Shown here piece after piece: positions 1-9,651 of a stretch of DNA of 64,000 nucleotides (position 1 is the stretch's first letter; each line of letters opens with the position of its first letter). Below the pieces are notes generated by a model, which was given only the letters and a program-made list of their open reading frames with translations, searched no databases and had not been told where the DNA came from. The translations under genes were made by a program, and so were the position numbers. This stretch comes from Candidatus Latescibacterota bacterium (lineage in GTDB: Bacteria; Latescibacterota; UBA2968; UBA8231). Location of the stretch: assembly GCA_964291625.2 (NCBI GenBank), contig OZ220089.1, positions 1,600,001 to 1,664,000 on the forward strand, read 5' to 3'.

Positions 1-511
1 TGGTGGCGGCCACCACGCGGACGTCGGCGACCATGGTGTGGTCGCCGCCGACGCGCTCGTAGCGGCGCTCCTGCAGCACCCGCAGCAGCCGCAGCTGCAC
101 GCGCGAGTCGGCGGCGCCCACCTCGTCGAGGAACATCGTGCCGCCGCGGGCCTGCTCCAGGCGGCCGGGGCGCTGCCGGACGGCCCCCGTGAACGCGCCT
201 TTCTCGTGGCCGAACAGCTCCGACTCGAGGACGCCCTCGGGCAGGGCAGCGCAGTTGACCTCCACGAAGGGCCCGCCCGAGCGCGGGCTGCGGTCGTGCA
301 GGACTCGCGCCAGCACCCCCTTGCCGGTGCCGCTCTCCCCCTGGAGGAGGACCGTCGCCTCGGCGTCGGCGACGCGCAGCACCTGCACCAGGACGCTGCG
401 CATGCCGGCGCTCTCCGACGCCAGCAGCGGATCGCCGGGCCGGCGGTGCACCGGGACGGGGTTGGCGTGGACCTTGAGCGTGGGTTCCCGGGGAGTGGGT
501 GGGGGTTGCAT
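1..511 (-). CDS. sigma-54-dependent enhancer-binding protein (AAA+), no N-terminal sensor domain; runs off the left edge
   Basis: Translated by hand from ATG at 511 (not in the ORF track): MQPPPT...[16 protein letters not shown]...[26 protein letters not shown]...MFLDEVG...VRVVAAT. Confidence 0.92.
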   Translation of the reverse strand, partial: MQPPPTPREPTLKVHANPVPVHRRPGDPLLASESAGMRSVLVQVLRVADAEATVLLQGESGTGKGVLARVLHDRSPRSGGPFVEVNCAALPEGVLESELFGHEKGAFTGAVRQRPGRLEQARGGTMFLDEVGAADSRVQLRLLRVLQERRYERVGGDHTMVADVRVVAAT

Positions 512-580
512 GGGCGGGCTCTCCGTCGCCGTTTTGCCTTGCGTGGTCGTGAGGTGGTCGTGAAGCGGGAGCGCATCCGT

Positions 581-596
581 AGCGAGTTCCGTGCCC
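581..596 (-). promoter_or_regulatory. putative sigma-54 (-24/-12) promoter for the leftward activator gene
   Basis: Minus strand reads GGGCACGGAACTCGCT, i.e. GG-N10-GC with CACG, close to the TGGCACG-N4-TTGCW consensus, about 70 nt upstream of ATG 511. Confidence 0.55.
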
Positions 597-638
597 CCGC
601 ACCGGCACGGCGGTCTCTCGGGGGGGCCTGCCGCCGAT

Positions 639-669
639 CCGGTACCGGGGCGATGGATACCGGTACCGG
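639..669. promoter_or_regulatory. two phased palindromes CCGGTACCGG, candidate upstream activator sequences
   Basis: Identical 10-bp palindromes at 639-648 and 660-669 (21-bp period) in the divergent intergenic region. Confidence 0.4.
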
Positions 670-764
670 CCGTCACCCGGCAGCCGGCGACGGTGCGGTT
701 CCCGGGGAGGGGCGGACTGGAACGTTTGCTTGAATCCCCCTGTGGCAGGGGCATACTTCAACGC

Positions 765-1745
765 ATGCCTGCCCTCGAGACCCGCGCCAGGCCTTCCTGC
801 GGGCACCTCCTGATCGGCGCCGAATCGGGTCTGCGAGAGGTCGTCGAAGCCGCCGACCGCGTCCTCGGACTCGATGTGGACGTGCTCGTCGTCGGCGAGA
901 GCGGCACCGGCAAGGAGCTCGTGGCCCGCCTGCTTCACGAGGCCGACCCGGAGCGCAAGACAGGTCCTTTCGTCGCCGTCAACTGCGCGGCCCTGCCGGA
1001 GTACCTCCTCGAGTCCCATCTCTTCGGCTACTGCCGCGGCGCCTTCACCGGCGCCGATGCCGACCGCCCCGGCCTGTTCCAGCAGGCGCGGGCAGGCACC
1101 TTGTTCCTCGACGAGGTGGGGGAGCTGCCGGCGGCTTCGCAGCCGAAGCTGCTGCGCGCCCTCGAGGAGCGGCGCGTCCGTCCCGTTGGCGGCGCCGAAG
1201 AGGTCCCGGTGGACGTGCGCGTCGTCTCCGCCACCAACCGCGAGCTGTCGCCGGCGATGGAGGAGGGCCGCTTCCGCGCCGACCTCTACTACCGCCTCGC
1301 CGACTACGTGATCTCCGTGCCTCCCCTGCGGGAGCGGAGGTCCGACATCCCCGACCTCGCCCGGCACTTCCTCGGCCACTTCCGGGAGCGCTTCGGGCGC
1401 CAGCACGTCCACGGTCTGAGCGAGGGCGCCGTCTCGTGGTTGAAGAGCCGCGACTGGCGGGCCAACAACGTGCGCGAGCTCAACGTCGTCATCAAGCGCG
1501 TCGTCCTCGAGTGCGACGACCCGGTGATCACCCCCGAGCACCTGTGGGCGGCGTGCTCCCGCGACGACGTCCGCGGCGACCCCGCCCCCACCGAGGAGGT
1601 CGACGAGGGCCGGCGCCTGCGTCAGGCCCTGGAGCACTGCGGCGGCAACGTCGCCGCCACGGCGCGGCTCCTGGGGATGAAGCGCTCCACCCTCTACGAC
1701 CGGCTGCGCCGCTGCGGCCTGCGCACCCCGCCGAGACCCGGATGA
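765..1745 (+). CDS. sigma-54-dependent Fis-family transcriptional activator, no N-terminal sensor domain
   Basis: GESGTGKE Walker A, GAFTGA loop, FLDEVGE Walker B, FRADLYYRL, C-terminal HTH (GNVAATARLLGMKRSTLYDRL). ATG at 765 chosen as start. Confidence 0.93.
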   Translation: MPALETRARPSCGHLLIGAESGLREVVEAADRVLGLDVDVLVVGESGTGKELVARLLHEADPERKTGPFVAVNCAALPEYLLESHLFGYCRGAFTGADADRPGLFQQARAGTLFLDEVGELPAASQPKLLRALEERRVRPVGGAEEVPVDVRVVSATNRELSPAMEEGRFRADLYYRLADYVISVPPLRERRSDIPDLARHFLGHFRERFGRQHVHGLSEGAVSWLKSRDWRANNVRELNVVIKRVVLECDDPVITPEHLWAACSRDDVRGDPAPTEEVDEGRRLRQALEHCGGNVAATARLLGMKRSTLYDRLRRCGLRTPPRPG

Positions 1746-2674
1746 CCGCCCTGCCCGCCCCCTGGCGCCATGCCCTCGACCGCCGGCGCCGGCTCTTCGA
1801 CCTGTCGGAGTCCGGTCTCTGCGCGCGGATCCTCGACGACGAGGACCCGTCACTGCGCTGCGACCGCTACGGTCCGGTCTGCTGGTTCTCCTGGTACGGC
1901 GGCGCCTCCCCCGGGGCGGAGGACTTCGAGCGCCTCGCCGCCTTCACCGGGGCCGCCGGCGCCGTCCACTGGCACCTGCGCCACATGCCCGACCGGGGGC
2001 GGGACCCCGGGCTGCGGCGGACCTGGTCCTCCCCCGGGGCGCCGGAGACGTGGATCGCCGCCGAGGGCGGCCTGCGCTTCGAGTTGCGCACCGCCGGCGG
2101 CCAGTCGGCCGGCCTCTACCTGGACCAGCGCCGCAACCGCGGCTGGGTGCGCGATCACGCCCGCGGCGGCCTCGTGCTCAACCTGTTCGCCTACACCGGG
2201 GGCTTCGGGATCGCCGCCCTGGCCGGCGGCGCCGCCCGGGTCGTGCAGAACGACGTGAGCCGCGCCAACCTCGACTGGGCCCGGGAGAACGCCGCCCTCA
2301 ACGGAGTGGACCCGGCCGCCGTCGAGTACGCCGCCGTCGACGCCCGCCTGCTGGTGGAGGGCTGCCGCCGCCGGGGCCGCCGGTTCGACGCCGTCATCTG
2401 CGATCCCCCCGCCTTCGCCCGGTCCCGAGGCCGCGACGCCGGCCTCTGGAGCGTCGAGCGCGACCTCCCGGCGGTGGTGCGCGAGTGCGTGGGGCTGCTG
2501 TCCCCGGAGGGGTGGATGCTGGTCTCGTCGGGGTGCGAGAGCTGGAAGGAGGGCGCCTTCGAGGGCGCCGTGCGCCGGGGGCTCGCGGCAGGCGGCCGGA
2601 TGGAGCCGGCGCCCGGGCCGGGCGAGGACTGCGGCGGCGGGAGTCTGCGGTCGGTGGTGGTGCGCCCGGGCTAG
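1742..2674 (+). CDS. class I SAM-dependent methyltransferase (RlmI/RlmK-like)
   Basis: GLYLDQRRNR, VLNLFAYTGGF and DPPAF motifs. ATGA overlap with the upstream gene. Confidence 0.85.
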   Translation: MTALPAPWRHALDRRRRLFDLSESGLCARILDDEDPSLRCDRYGPVCWFSWYGGASPGAEDFERLAAFTGAAGAVHWHLRHMPDRGRDPGLRRTWSSPGAPETWIAAEGGLRFELRTAGGQSAGLYLDQRRNRGWVRDHARGGLVLNLFAYTGGFGIAALAGGAARVVQNDVSRANLDWARENAALNGVDPAAVEYAAVDARLLVEGCRRRGRRFDAVICDPPAFARSRGRDAGLWSVERDLPAVVRECVGLLSPEGWMLVSSGCESWKEGAFEGAVRRGLAAGGRMEPAPGPGEDCGGGSLRSVVVRPG

Positions 2675-3441
2675 CGGGGCAGCGGCGGCAGGTCCCAGAT
2701 GGCGCGGGCGGCGCCCCCGAAGATCGACTCGCGGTCGGAGTCGCCCAGGTCGGCGAAGTAGTCGAGGGGCACCCGCAGCGAGTTGTGGTAGCCCTCGCGT
2801 CCGCTGACGGGCGGAAAGTCGGAGCCCCACATGAGCCGCTCGGGCCCGAAGGCCTCCAGGGCCAGGCGCGCCACCGGCGGGATGGGGTCCCAGGGCATCG
2901 GCCCCGTGCAGAACTCGCCGAAGCCCGGCAGCTTCATCGACAGGTTCGGGCGGTGGGCGATCTCGTCCAGGCCCTTGCGGTACTCCGCGTCGGTGTCGGC
3001 GCGCCCCACGCTGGCCAGGTGCTCGATGCAGATCGACAGCTCCGGGAAGGTCTCCAGGACCTCCCGGAACGCCGGCGACAGCATCTGCTCCGGGGTGGAG
3101 ACGGCGCTGACCACCAGCCCCAGCTCGTCGGCCGTGCGCCAGTGGGCCAGGGGATCGGCGGCCCGGGCGCGCGACTCGACGCCGAGGCGGATGCCCGTCA
3201 GGCCGGCCTCCGCCCAGCGCCGCATGGCGGTGCCGTCGTCGTCCGGGTCGACGATCATGGCCGCGGCGAAGCGCCCCGGGTAGCGCCGCAGGCAGTCGAC
3301 GAGGTAGCCGTTGTCGCTGTTGCCGCCGTACTGGATGAGCACCGCCTGGCTCACCCCCGAGGTCTCCATGTGGTAGAGGAGGGACTCGACGGGCTCGTAC
3401 TTGAGCAGGCCGGCGTGGCAGTGGGTGTCTACGATCCGCAT
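2671..3441 (-). CDS. amidohydrolase_2 family protein
   Basis: MRIVDTHCH (DxHxH), EHL, and LMWGSDFP motifs. Confidence 0.88.
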   Translation of the reverse strand: MRIVDTHCHAGLLKYEPVESLLYHMETSGVSQAVLIQYGGNSDNGYLVDCLRRYPGRFAAAMIVDPDDDGTAMRRWAEAGLTGIRLGVESRARAADPLAHWRTADELGLVVSAVSTPEQMLSPAFREVLETFPELSICIEHLASVGRADTDAEYRKGLDEIAHRPNLSMKLPGFGEFCTGPMPWDPIPPVARLALEAFGPERLMWGSDFPPVSGREGYHNSLRVPLDYFADLGDSDRESIFGGAARAIWDLPPLPR

Positions 3442-4217
3442 CAGGCGATGGCCACCGGCGGGGCGCCGCTGATCTCGTCGGCGAGGCGGTGGTAGTTGAG
3501 GGCGCCCGTGGAGCGCGGCTCGTAGAGGATGATCGGCCGCCCGAAGCTCGGGGCCGCCGCCAGGCTGACGTTCCTCCGGATCTCGGTGGTGTAGACCTTC
3601 TCGTCGAAGTACGACTTGACCTCGGCGGCGACTCTCCGCGACAGCTGCAGGCGCTCGTCGAACATGGTCAGCAGGACCCCCTCGATCTCCAGGGACGGGT
3701 TGAGGTAGCGCTGCACGAGCTGGATCGAGTTGAGCAGCTTGCTGAGCCCTTCGAGGGCGTAGTACTCGCACTGCACGGGGATCAGGCAGGAGTTGGCCGC
3801 GGTCATGGCGTTGAGGGTCAGCAGGCCGAGGGAGGGAGGACAGTCGACGATGACGAACTCGTAGTCCTCCCGGGTCGACTCGAGGGCCTCGGAGAGGCGT
3901 CTCTCGCGCCCGAGGATGGAGGCCATCTCGACCTCGGCGCCGGCCAGCGAGATGTGGGAGGGCACCAGGTCGAAGTCGGGGATGGCGGTGTGAATGATCA
4001 CCGCTTCGAGGGGGGCGTGTCCGAGCAGGACCTCGTAGACCGAGCCCTCGATGCCGAGGGGGCCGGCATCGCAGCCGCTGGAGGCGTTGGCCTGCGGGTC
4101 CATGTCGATCAGGAGGGTGGGATGGCCGCCCTCGGCCAGGCAGGCCGAGAGGTTGACCGCCGTCGTCGTCTTTCCCACCCCGCCCTTCTGATTGGCGACG
4201 GCGATGATTCGGCCCAT
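3441..4217 (-). CDS. parA: ParA/Soj family ATPase
   Basis: IAVANQKGGVGKTTT, DMDPQAN, DCPPSLG, PVQCEYYALEG, APSFG motifs. Confidence 0.93.
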   Translation of the reverse strand: MGRIIAVANQKGGVGKTTTAVNLSACLAEGGHPTLLIDMDPQANASSGCDAGPLGIEGSVYEVLLGHAPLEAVIIHTAIPDFDLVPSHISLAGAEVEMASILGRERRLSEALESTREDYEFVIVDCPPSLGLLTLNAMTAANSCLIPVQCEYYALEGLSKLLNSIQLVQRYLNPSLEIEGVLLTMFDERLQLSRRVAAEVKSYFDEKVYTTEIRRNVSLAAAPSFGRPIILYEPRSTGALNYHRLADEISGAPPVAIA

Positions 4218-4447
4218 GAGTCTCGCAGCCTGTGAGCACGCAGGAATAGCGCGGTTCCGGGAACGAACCGCGCCGGGACACGCCCGGGAAAACGGTTTTT
4301 GAAGAGCGCTGCAGCCGTGTGTCGGGCAAGGTATGCCGCCCCCGCGGGGGGCGTCAACCTGCCCATCCGAACCCTTCGTGGCGCCCGCGCCCGGCGCGCG
4401 TACATTTGCCGCTCCGGCAGGTGATTCCACCCCCACCAGGGACCCCC

Positions 4448-5263
4448 TTGACCGATCCGCGCCCGCCCTCCCCCTTCTCCGAGCTCGTGGAAATCATGGC
4501 TCGGCTGCGCTCGCCGGACGGCTGTCCCTGGGATCGGGAACAGGACCACCGGACCCTGAAACCCTACCTCCTGGAGGAGGCGTACGAGGTCCTGGAGGCG
4601 ATCGACGACGGCGGCGGCGAGCTGTGCGCCGAGCTCGGGGACCTGCTGCTGCAGATCGTCTTCCACGCCCAGGTGGCCGCCGAGGACGGGCGCTTCACCA
4701 TGGACGACGTCTGCCGGGCCATCCACGACAAGCTCGTGCGGCGCCACCCCCACGTCTTCGGCGACGTGCAGGTCGGCGGCGCCGGACAGGTGGCGGCCAA
4801 CTGGGAGGCGATCAAGCGCGCCGAGCGGAAGGACGCCGGCCGCCCCGCCTCGGCCCTCGACGGGGTGCCGAAGCCGCTGCCCGCCCTGCTGCGGGCGCAG
4901 CGGGTGCAGGCCAAGGCCTCGCGCGCCGGCTTCGACTGGGATCGCATCGACGAGCCCCTCGACAAGGTGGCGGAGGAGTTCGAGGAGCTGCGCGCCGAGT
5001 GGCGCGGCGGTGCCGGGGCGCGCAGCCGGGTCGAGGAGGAGTTCGGCGACGTGCTCTTCGCCCTGGTCAACACCGCCCGCTTCCTCGAGATCGACGCCGA
5101 GCAGGCCCTGCGCGCGGCGGTGGACAAGTTCGACCGGCGATTCCGCCGCGTGGAGGAGGTCTTCCGCGAGCAGGGGCGCGACCTGGAGAGGGCGACGCTG
5201 GAGGAGATGGACTCCGTTTGGAACGAAGTGAAGAAGACCCCGGAGAGGAGAGCTGCGAGATGA
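4448..5263 (+). CDS. mazG: nucleoside triphosphate pyrophosphohydrolase MazG
   Basis: LRSPDGCPWDREQ, EEAYE, ELGDLL, KLVRRHPHVF, GFDW, EEFGD. Start uncertain (TTG 4448 or ATG 4496). Confidence 0.93.
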   Translation: MTDPRPPSPFSELVEIMARLRSPDGCPWDREQDHRTLKPYLLEEAYEVLEAIDDGGGELCAELGDLLLQIVFHAQVAAEDGRFTMDDVCRAIHDKLVRRHPHVFGDVQVGGAGQVAANWEAIKRAERKDAGRPASALDGVPKPLPALLRAQRVQAKASRAGFDWDRIDEPLDKVAEEFEELRAEWRGGAGARSRVEEEFGDVLFALVNTARFLEIDAEQALRAAVDKFDRRFRRVEEVFREQGRDLERATLEEMDSVWNEVKKTPERRAAR

Positions 5264-5913
5264 GCGACGAGAGACCGAGCATCGAGGTGCTGGAGGGCGG
5301 TCCCCTGCTGGTCAGAAATCTGACGAAGCTGACCGGCGCCGACGGCCGCTCCATCGACCGGCCCACGGAGAGGGCGGACAGCGACAGGAACCTCTTCGCC
5401 CTGTGCCGCTGCGGCGGCTCGGCGAACAAGCCCTTCTGCGACGGCACCCACAAGGAGAACGACTTCGCGGGCGAGCGCGGCTCCCCGGAGGAGGAGGAGG
5501 TCCGCGTCTGCGAGGGGCAGGAGCTGACCATCGTCGACAACGTCGGCGCCTGCTGCCACGCCGGCGAATGCGTCGACGGCGCGCCCGACGTGTTCTTCCG
5601 GTGGGAGGGGGACGAGCGCCGAGCCGTGCCCGACGCCGACGAGCGGCAGAAGATCATCGACACGATCCGCCGCTGCCCCTCCGGCTCCCTGGCCTACCGC
5701 CTCGGGGACGAGCTCCACGACGAGTACTTCTCCGAGGCCGAGATCTTCGTCTCGGAGGACGGCCCCCTGCACGTGCGCGGGGGCCCCGAGCTGGTGGACG
5801 CGAGCGGGGCGGCGCCCGTCTCGAAGGACCACTACGCCCTGTGCCGCTGCGGCGCCTCGAAGAACAAGCCCTTCTGCGACGGCGCCCACCGCGACGCGGG
5901 CTTCACCGGATAG
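5260..5913 (+). CDS. tandem CDGSH iron-sulfur protein with a central divergent ferredoxin-like domain
   Basis: CRCGGSANKPFCDGTH and CRCGASKNKPFCDGAH flank CCHAGEC...CPSG. Confidence 0.88.
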   Translation: MSDERPSIEVLEGGPLLVRNLTKLTGADGRSIDRPTERADSDRNLFALCRCGGSANKPFCDGTHKENDFAGERGSPEEEEVRVCEGQELTIVDNVGACCHAGECVDGAPDVFFRWEGDERRAVPDADERQKIIDTIRRCPSGSLAYRLGDELHDEYFSEAEIFVSEDGPLHVRGGPELVDASGAAPVSKDHYALCRCGASKNKPFCDGAHRDAGFTG

Positions 5914-5938
5914 GCCGGGAGCGGCCGGGAGTGGCACG

Positions 5939-6361
5939 ATGAGACTTCGACGAGGGGCGGCGGGGCTGCTGATGGCCCTGCTGCCGGCCTGCGGCGGCGG
6001 CGACTCCTCCCTCGGACCCGCCGAGGAGGAGAACGGCGATCCGACGCCGGTCACCATGGCGGCTCTCGCCGTCGAGATCTTCACCCCCCGGTGCGCCACC
6101 AGCGGCTGCCACGCCGGGGCCTCGCCGGCGGCGGCCCTGTCCCTGGAGGCGGACCGGCTCGCCGAGATGATCGGCGCGGCGAGCCACCAGGAGGAGGGGG
6201 CGAAGCTGATCGACCCGGGCAACCCCGACGGTTCGTACCTCATCAGCAAGGTGAAAGGCACCGGATCCGGCACGCGGATGCCCATCGGGATGGATCCCCT
6301 GACCCCCGAGGAGATCCAGCGGATCGTCGACTGGGTGGCCGCGGGCGCGCCCACCTCCTGA
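5939..6361 (+). CDS. putative lipoprotein with c-type cytochrome-like domain (CX4CH)
   Basis: Lipobox LPAC, CATSGCH, PGNPDGSYL, distal RMP, and WVAAGA ending. Confidence 0.65.
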   Translation: MRLRRGAAGLLMALLPACGGGDSSLGPAEEENGDPTPVTMAALAVEIFTPRCATSGCHAGASPAAALSLEADRLAEMIGAASHQEEGAKLIDPGNPDGSYLISKVKGTGSGTRMPIGMDPLTPEEIQRIVDWVAAGAPTS

Positions 6362-6381
6362 TCCGCCCAAGGAAGGGAATC

Positions 6382-7269
6382 ATGCCGACAACCCCCGAGC
6401 TTCTCGTCGACGGCCTCTTTTTTCCCGAGGGCCCGCGCTGGCGCGCCGGCCCCGGGGGTGAGGGCCGCCTGTGGTTCTCCGACGTCCTCGGCGGCGAGGT
6501 GAAGCGCGTCGACCTGGAGGGGCGGCTGGAGACCGTCGCCACCGTGCCGGGGTGGCCTTCCGGCCTCGGCTGGCGCCCCGACGGGACGCTCCTCGTGGTC
6601 TCCGTGCAGGAGGGCCGGCTGATGGCCGTCGGCGCCGACGGCTCGCTGACCGAGACCGCGGACATGAAGGCGGTGGACGGGCTCCCCTGCAACGACATGG
6701 TGGTCGACGGCCGCGGCGGCGCCTACGTCGGCAGCTGGCAGGGCCTGGACGAGTCCATCCCCTGGGGGCCGGGGAACATGCCCGGCTTCAGCCACATCAT
6801 CCGCGTCGAGCCGGACGGCGAGGCCCGCATCGCCGCCGACCGCGTGACCTACCCCAACGGCGCCGTCCTCTCCCCCGACGGGGGCACCTACATCGTCGCC
6901 GAGACCTTCGCCAACCGGCTCACCGCCTTCGACGTCGAGGAGGACGGCTCGCTGGCGAACCGCCGCGTCTGGGCCGACATCGGGGCGCCCCCGGACGGGA
7001 TCACCATGGACGTGGAGGGCTGCCTCTGGGTGGCCGTGCCCTGCTACGCCTACGGGGGCCCGGGAGGGTTCCTGCGCCTGCGCGAGGGCGGCGAGACCGT
7101 CGACCGCATCGACGTGGACGGAGTCGCCTCCTACGCCTGCACCCTCGGCGGGCCCCAGATGCGGACCCTGTTCCTGTGCCAGTCGACGGTCCTCGGCCAC
7201 GAGCGCCACCCCGGCGACGGGCGCATCATGACGGTCGAGGTCGACGTGCCCGGCACGGGCACCCCGTGA
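6382..7269 (+). CDS. SMP-30/gluconolactonase/LRE family protein
   Basis: FPEGPRW, CNDMVVD, PNG, PDGITMD motifs. Confidence 0.9.
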   Translation: MPTTPELLVDGLFFPEGPRWRAGPGGEGRLWFSDVLGGEVKRVDLEGRLETVATVPGWPSGLGWRPDGTLLVVSVQEGRLMAVGADGSLTETADMKAVDGLPCNDMVVDGRGGAYVGSWQGLDESIPWGPGNMPGFSHIIRVEPDGEARIAADRVTYPNGAVLSPDGGTYIVAETFANRLTAFDVEEDGSLANRRVWADIGAPPDGITMDVEGCLWVAVPCYAYGGPGGFLRLREGGETVDRIDVDGVASYACTLGGPQMRTLFLCQSTVLGHERHPGDGRIMTVEVDVPGTGTP

Positions 7270-8099
7270 CCGTCCCCTTCCCGGCCCTGACCCCCTCCCA
7301 GCGGCTGCACCTGGAGGTGAACGGGTACGTCGTCGTCGAGGGGGTTCTCGGCGCCGACGAGGTGGAGGCCCTGCGGGAGACCACGTACGAGGTCGAGCGC
7401 CGCTACCGCGAGACGGGCGAGCTTCCCGGGCCCAACTGTCACCTGTCGGCCACGCGCCAGGACTACTTCCGGGTCGACAACCTGCCCCACCTGGCCCCCT
7501 GCTACTTCGACTACCTGACCCACCCGCGGCTGCTGGGCATGGTGCAGGAGATCGTCGGCGGCTCGGTGCGGCTCGAGCAGTCCGACGCCCACATCCGGCG
7601 GCCGGTGACGGGGGAGGAGCCGCGCTACGGCTTTCACCGCGGCATCAACCCCGGCTTCCACCACACCGACCAGGGGCTCTACCACTTCAGCTTCGTCAAG
7701 ACCCTGACGAACCTGACCGACCTGGGGCCCGACGACGGCGGCACCACGGTCATCGCCGGCTCCCACAAGGTGCCGGAGGAGGTCGGCGGACAGGCCATCA
7801 CCCAGGCGGCCCTGGCCGACCCGGGGCTGATCCACCAGGTGGAGGCGCCGGCGGGGTCGACGCTGCTGTTCTTCGAGTCCCTCATGCACTCCTCGGGGAT
7901 CATCCGCTCCGACCGCGACCGGGTGCTGATCATCGGCGGCTACACGCCCACCATGTTCCAGACATGGAACGGGTACGAGCCCGACGCGGAGTTCGCCGCC
8001 GGCCTGCCGGAGGAGCACCGGGCCCTGCTGACGGGAGAGAACCGCTACGGCTGGCAGCGGCGGGCGCGGTCCCTGGCCGAGCCCCGGGCGGACTCCTGA
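7266..8099 (+). CDS. phytanoyl-CoA dioxygenase (PhyH) family protein
   Basis: NGYVVVEGVL, LTDLGPDDGGTTVIAGSHK, AGSTLLF..LMH. Confidence 0.85.
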   Translation: MTVPFPALTPSQRLHLEVNGYVVVEGVLGADEVEALRETTYEVERRYRETGELPGPNCHLSATRQDYFRVDNLPHLAPCYFDYLTHPRLLGMVQEIVGGSVRLEQSDAHIRRPVTGEEPRYGFHRGINPGFHHTDQGLYHFSFVKTLTNLTDLGPDDGGTTVIAGSHKVPEEVGGQAITQAALADPGLIHQVEAPAGSTLLFFESLMHSSGIIRSDRDRVLIIGGYTPTMFQTWNGYEPDAEFAAGLPEEHRALLTGENRYGWQRRARSLAEPRADS

Positions 8100-8268
8100 G
8101 TGCCGCACGGGCCCCGCGAGCCGGCCGCCCCGGCGACCTGTGCGTACGCGAACCTGCAACGCGCCCGGGCGGCAGGCCGCCCCCGCGTCTGGCACGAGGC
8201 CGCCGAGTACAGGATATTTCCCCGACCGCCGTGTTCCGCTGCAGGTCCTGATACTGAAACGAGGTCCC

Positions 8269-8625
8269 TTGGTCTCCGAATACGGCTTCTTCGGCGCCCT
8301 GCTCGTCATCGGCGCGGTCCTCGGCCTGGCGCCGGTGATCGCCCCCCTCTTCCTGGCGCCCCGGTCCCTGGGCGACAAGACCCGCGACACCTACGAGTGC
8401 GGCATGGAGACCGAGGGCAGCGCCTGGGTGCGCTTCGACATCGCCTACTACCTCTTCGCCCTGATCTTCGTCGCCTTCGAGGTCGACGTCCTCTACATCC
8501 TGCCGGTGGCCGTGGTCTTCGGCGAGTACGCCTGGCGCGACCTGATCGAGCTCTCCCTGTTCATCGGCATCCTCTTCCTCGCCGTGATCTACGCCTGGCG
8601 CAAGGGCGTCCTGCACTGGAGGTAG
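8269..8625 (+). CDS. nuoA: NADH-quinone oxidoreductase subunit A
   Basis: [31 protein letters not shown] start after GAGG. Confidence 0.92.
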   Translation: MVSEYGFFGALLVIGAVLGLAPVIAPLFLAPRSLGDKTRDTYECGMETEGSAWVRFDIAYYLFALIFVAFEVDVLYILPVAVVFGEYAWRDLIELSLFIGILFLAVIYAWRKGVLHWR

Positions 8626-8629
8626 AACC

Positions 8630-9148
8630 GTGACGGAAGCCAGCCAATCGTCCGACGTCCTGCTGGAGCAGGCGCGGCCCCTCGTCCATCTCGACAAGCT
8701 CGAGAACCTGCTCAACCACGCCCGCGCCAACTCCCTGTGGCCCCTGACCTTCGGCCTCGCCTGCTGCGCCATCGAGATGATGGCCGTGGGCGCCTCGCGC
8801 TTCGACCTGGACCGCATCGGCGCCGGCGTCTTCCGCCCCAGCGCCCGTCAGGCCGACGTGATGATCACGGCGGGCACGATCTCGCGGAAGATGGGCCCGG
8901 TGATCAAGACCCTGTGGGACCAGATGCCGTCGCCCAAGTGGTCGATCGCCATGGGAGGCTGCACCATCGACGGCGGGCCCTTCAAGTACCCGGGCCAGTA
9001 CGCCATCATCGAGGGCGCCGACAAGATCATCCCCGTCGACGTCTACGTCCCGGGGTGTCCGCCCCGGCCCGAGGCCCTCTTCGCCGGCATCCTCAAGCTC
9101 GAAGAGAAGATCAAGTCCGGGGACACGGCCCCGGCCACGGTGGCGTGA
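8630..9148 (+). CDS. nuoB: NADH-quinone oxidoreductase subunit B
   Basis: [29 protein letters not shown]. Confidence 0.95.
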   Translation: MTEASQSSDVLLEQARPLVHLDKLENLLNHARANSLWPLTFGLACCAIEMMAVGASRFDLDRIGAGVFRPSARQADVMITAGTISRKMGPVIKTLWDQMPSPKWSIAMGGCTIDGGPFKYPGQYAIIEGADKIIPVDVYVPGCPPRPEALFAGILKLEEKIKSGDTAPATVA

Positions 9149-9651
9149 CCGGCCCCCTCCCGCAGCCGGCCGGGGTCACCGACTCCTCCGATCAGGACTA
9201 CCCGACCCGGGGCCACCACCACCGGCACGAGGCCGCGGCCGAGGCCATGCCCGAGGTGGCCCGGGCCTTCCGCGACGCCGGCTACAGCCTCGAGCACCTG
9301 ACCTGCCTCGACGAGCGCGGCGACGAGGAGGTGAACGCCTTCACCCTGACCTACCAGTTCAACCGGCCGGGCGAGCCCGACCGCCACCTTGTCAGCGTGC
9401 GGCTGCACGACGGCCGGCCGGCGGTGAGCATCGCCGCCGTCTTCCCCGGCGCCGACTGGTACGAGCGGGAGGTCTGGGACATGCACGGCGTGGCCGTGGA
9501 GGGGCATCCGGATCTCAAGCGCATCCTCATGCCCGAGGAGTACAGCGGCCATCCCCTGCGCAAGGACTTCGTCGACGAGGACCCCCTGCGCCACCAGCTC
9601 TCCGGGGTCGTGGTCGAGGAGGAAGCGGGCGAGGAGGAGGAACCGTCGTGA
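9145..9651 (+). CDS. nuoC: NADH-quinone oxidoreductase subunit C
   Basis: [13 protein letters not shown]...[10 protein letters not shown]...GHPLRKDF. Confidence 0.92.
   Translation: MTGPLPQPAGVTDSSDQDYPTRGHHHRHEAAAEAMPEVARAFRDAGYSLEHLTCLDERGDEEVNAFTLTYQFNRPGEPDRHLVSVRLHDGRPAVSIAAVFPGADWYEREVWDMHGVAVEGHPDLKRILMPEEYSGHPLRKDFVDEDPLRHQLSGVVVEEEAGEEEEPS

Noticed and set aside
38-733. Plus-strand 231-aa ORF
   Set aside because: Antisense shadow of the minus-strand sigma-54 activator.
718-733. sigma-54 promoter for the rightward activator (TGGAACGTTTGCTTG)
   Set aside because: Spacing is wrong for a -24/-12 promoter.
4250-4272. parS site upstream of parA
   Set aside because: It forms only a GC-rich hairpin and does not match the GTTTCACGTGAAAC-type consensus.
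8190-8204. sigma-54 promoter upstream of nuoA (TGGCACGAGGCCGC)
   Set aside because: GG-to-GC spacing is 9 nt rather than the strict 10.
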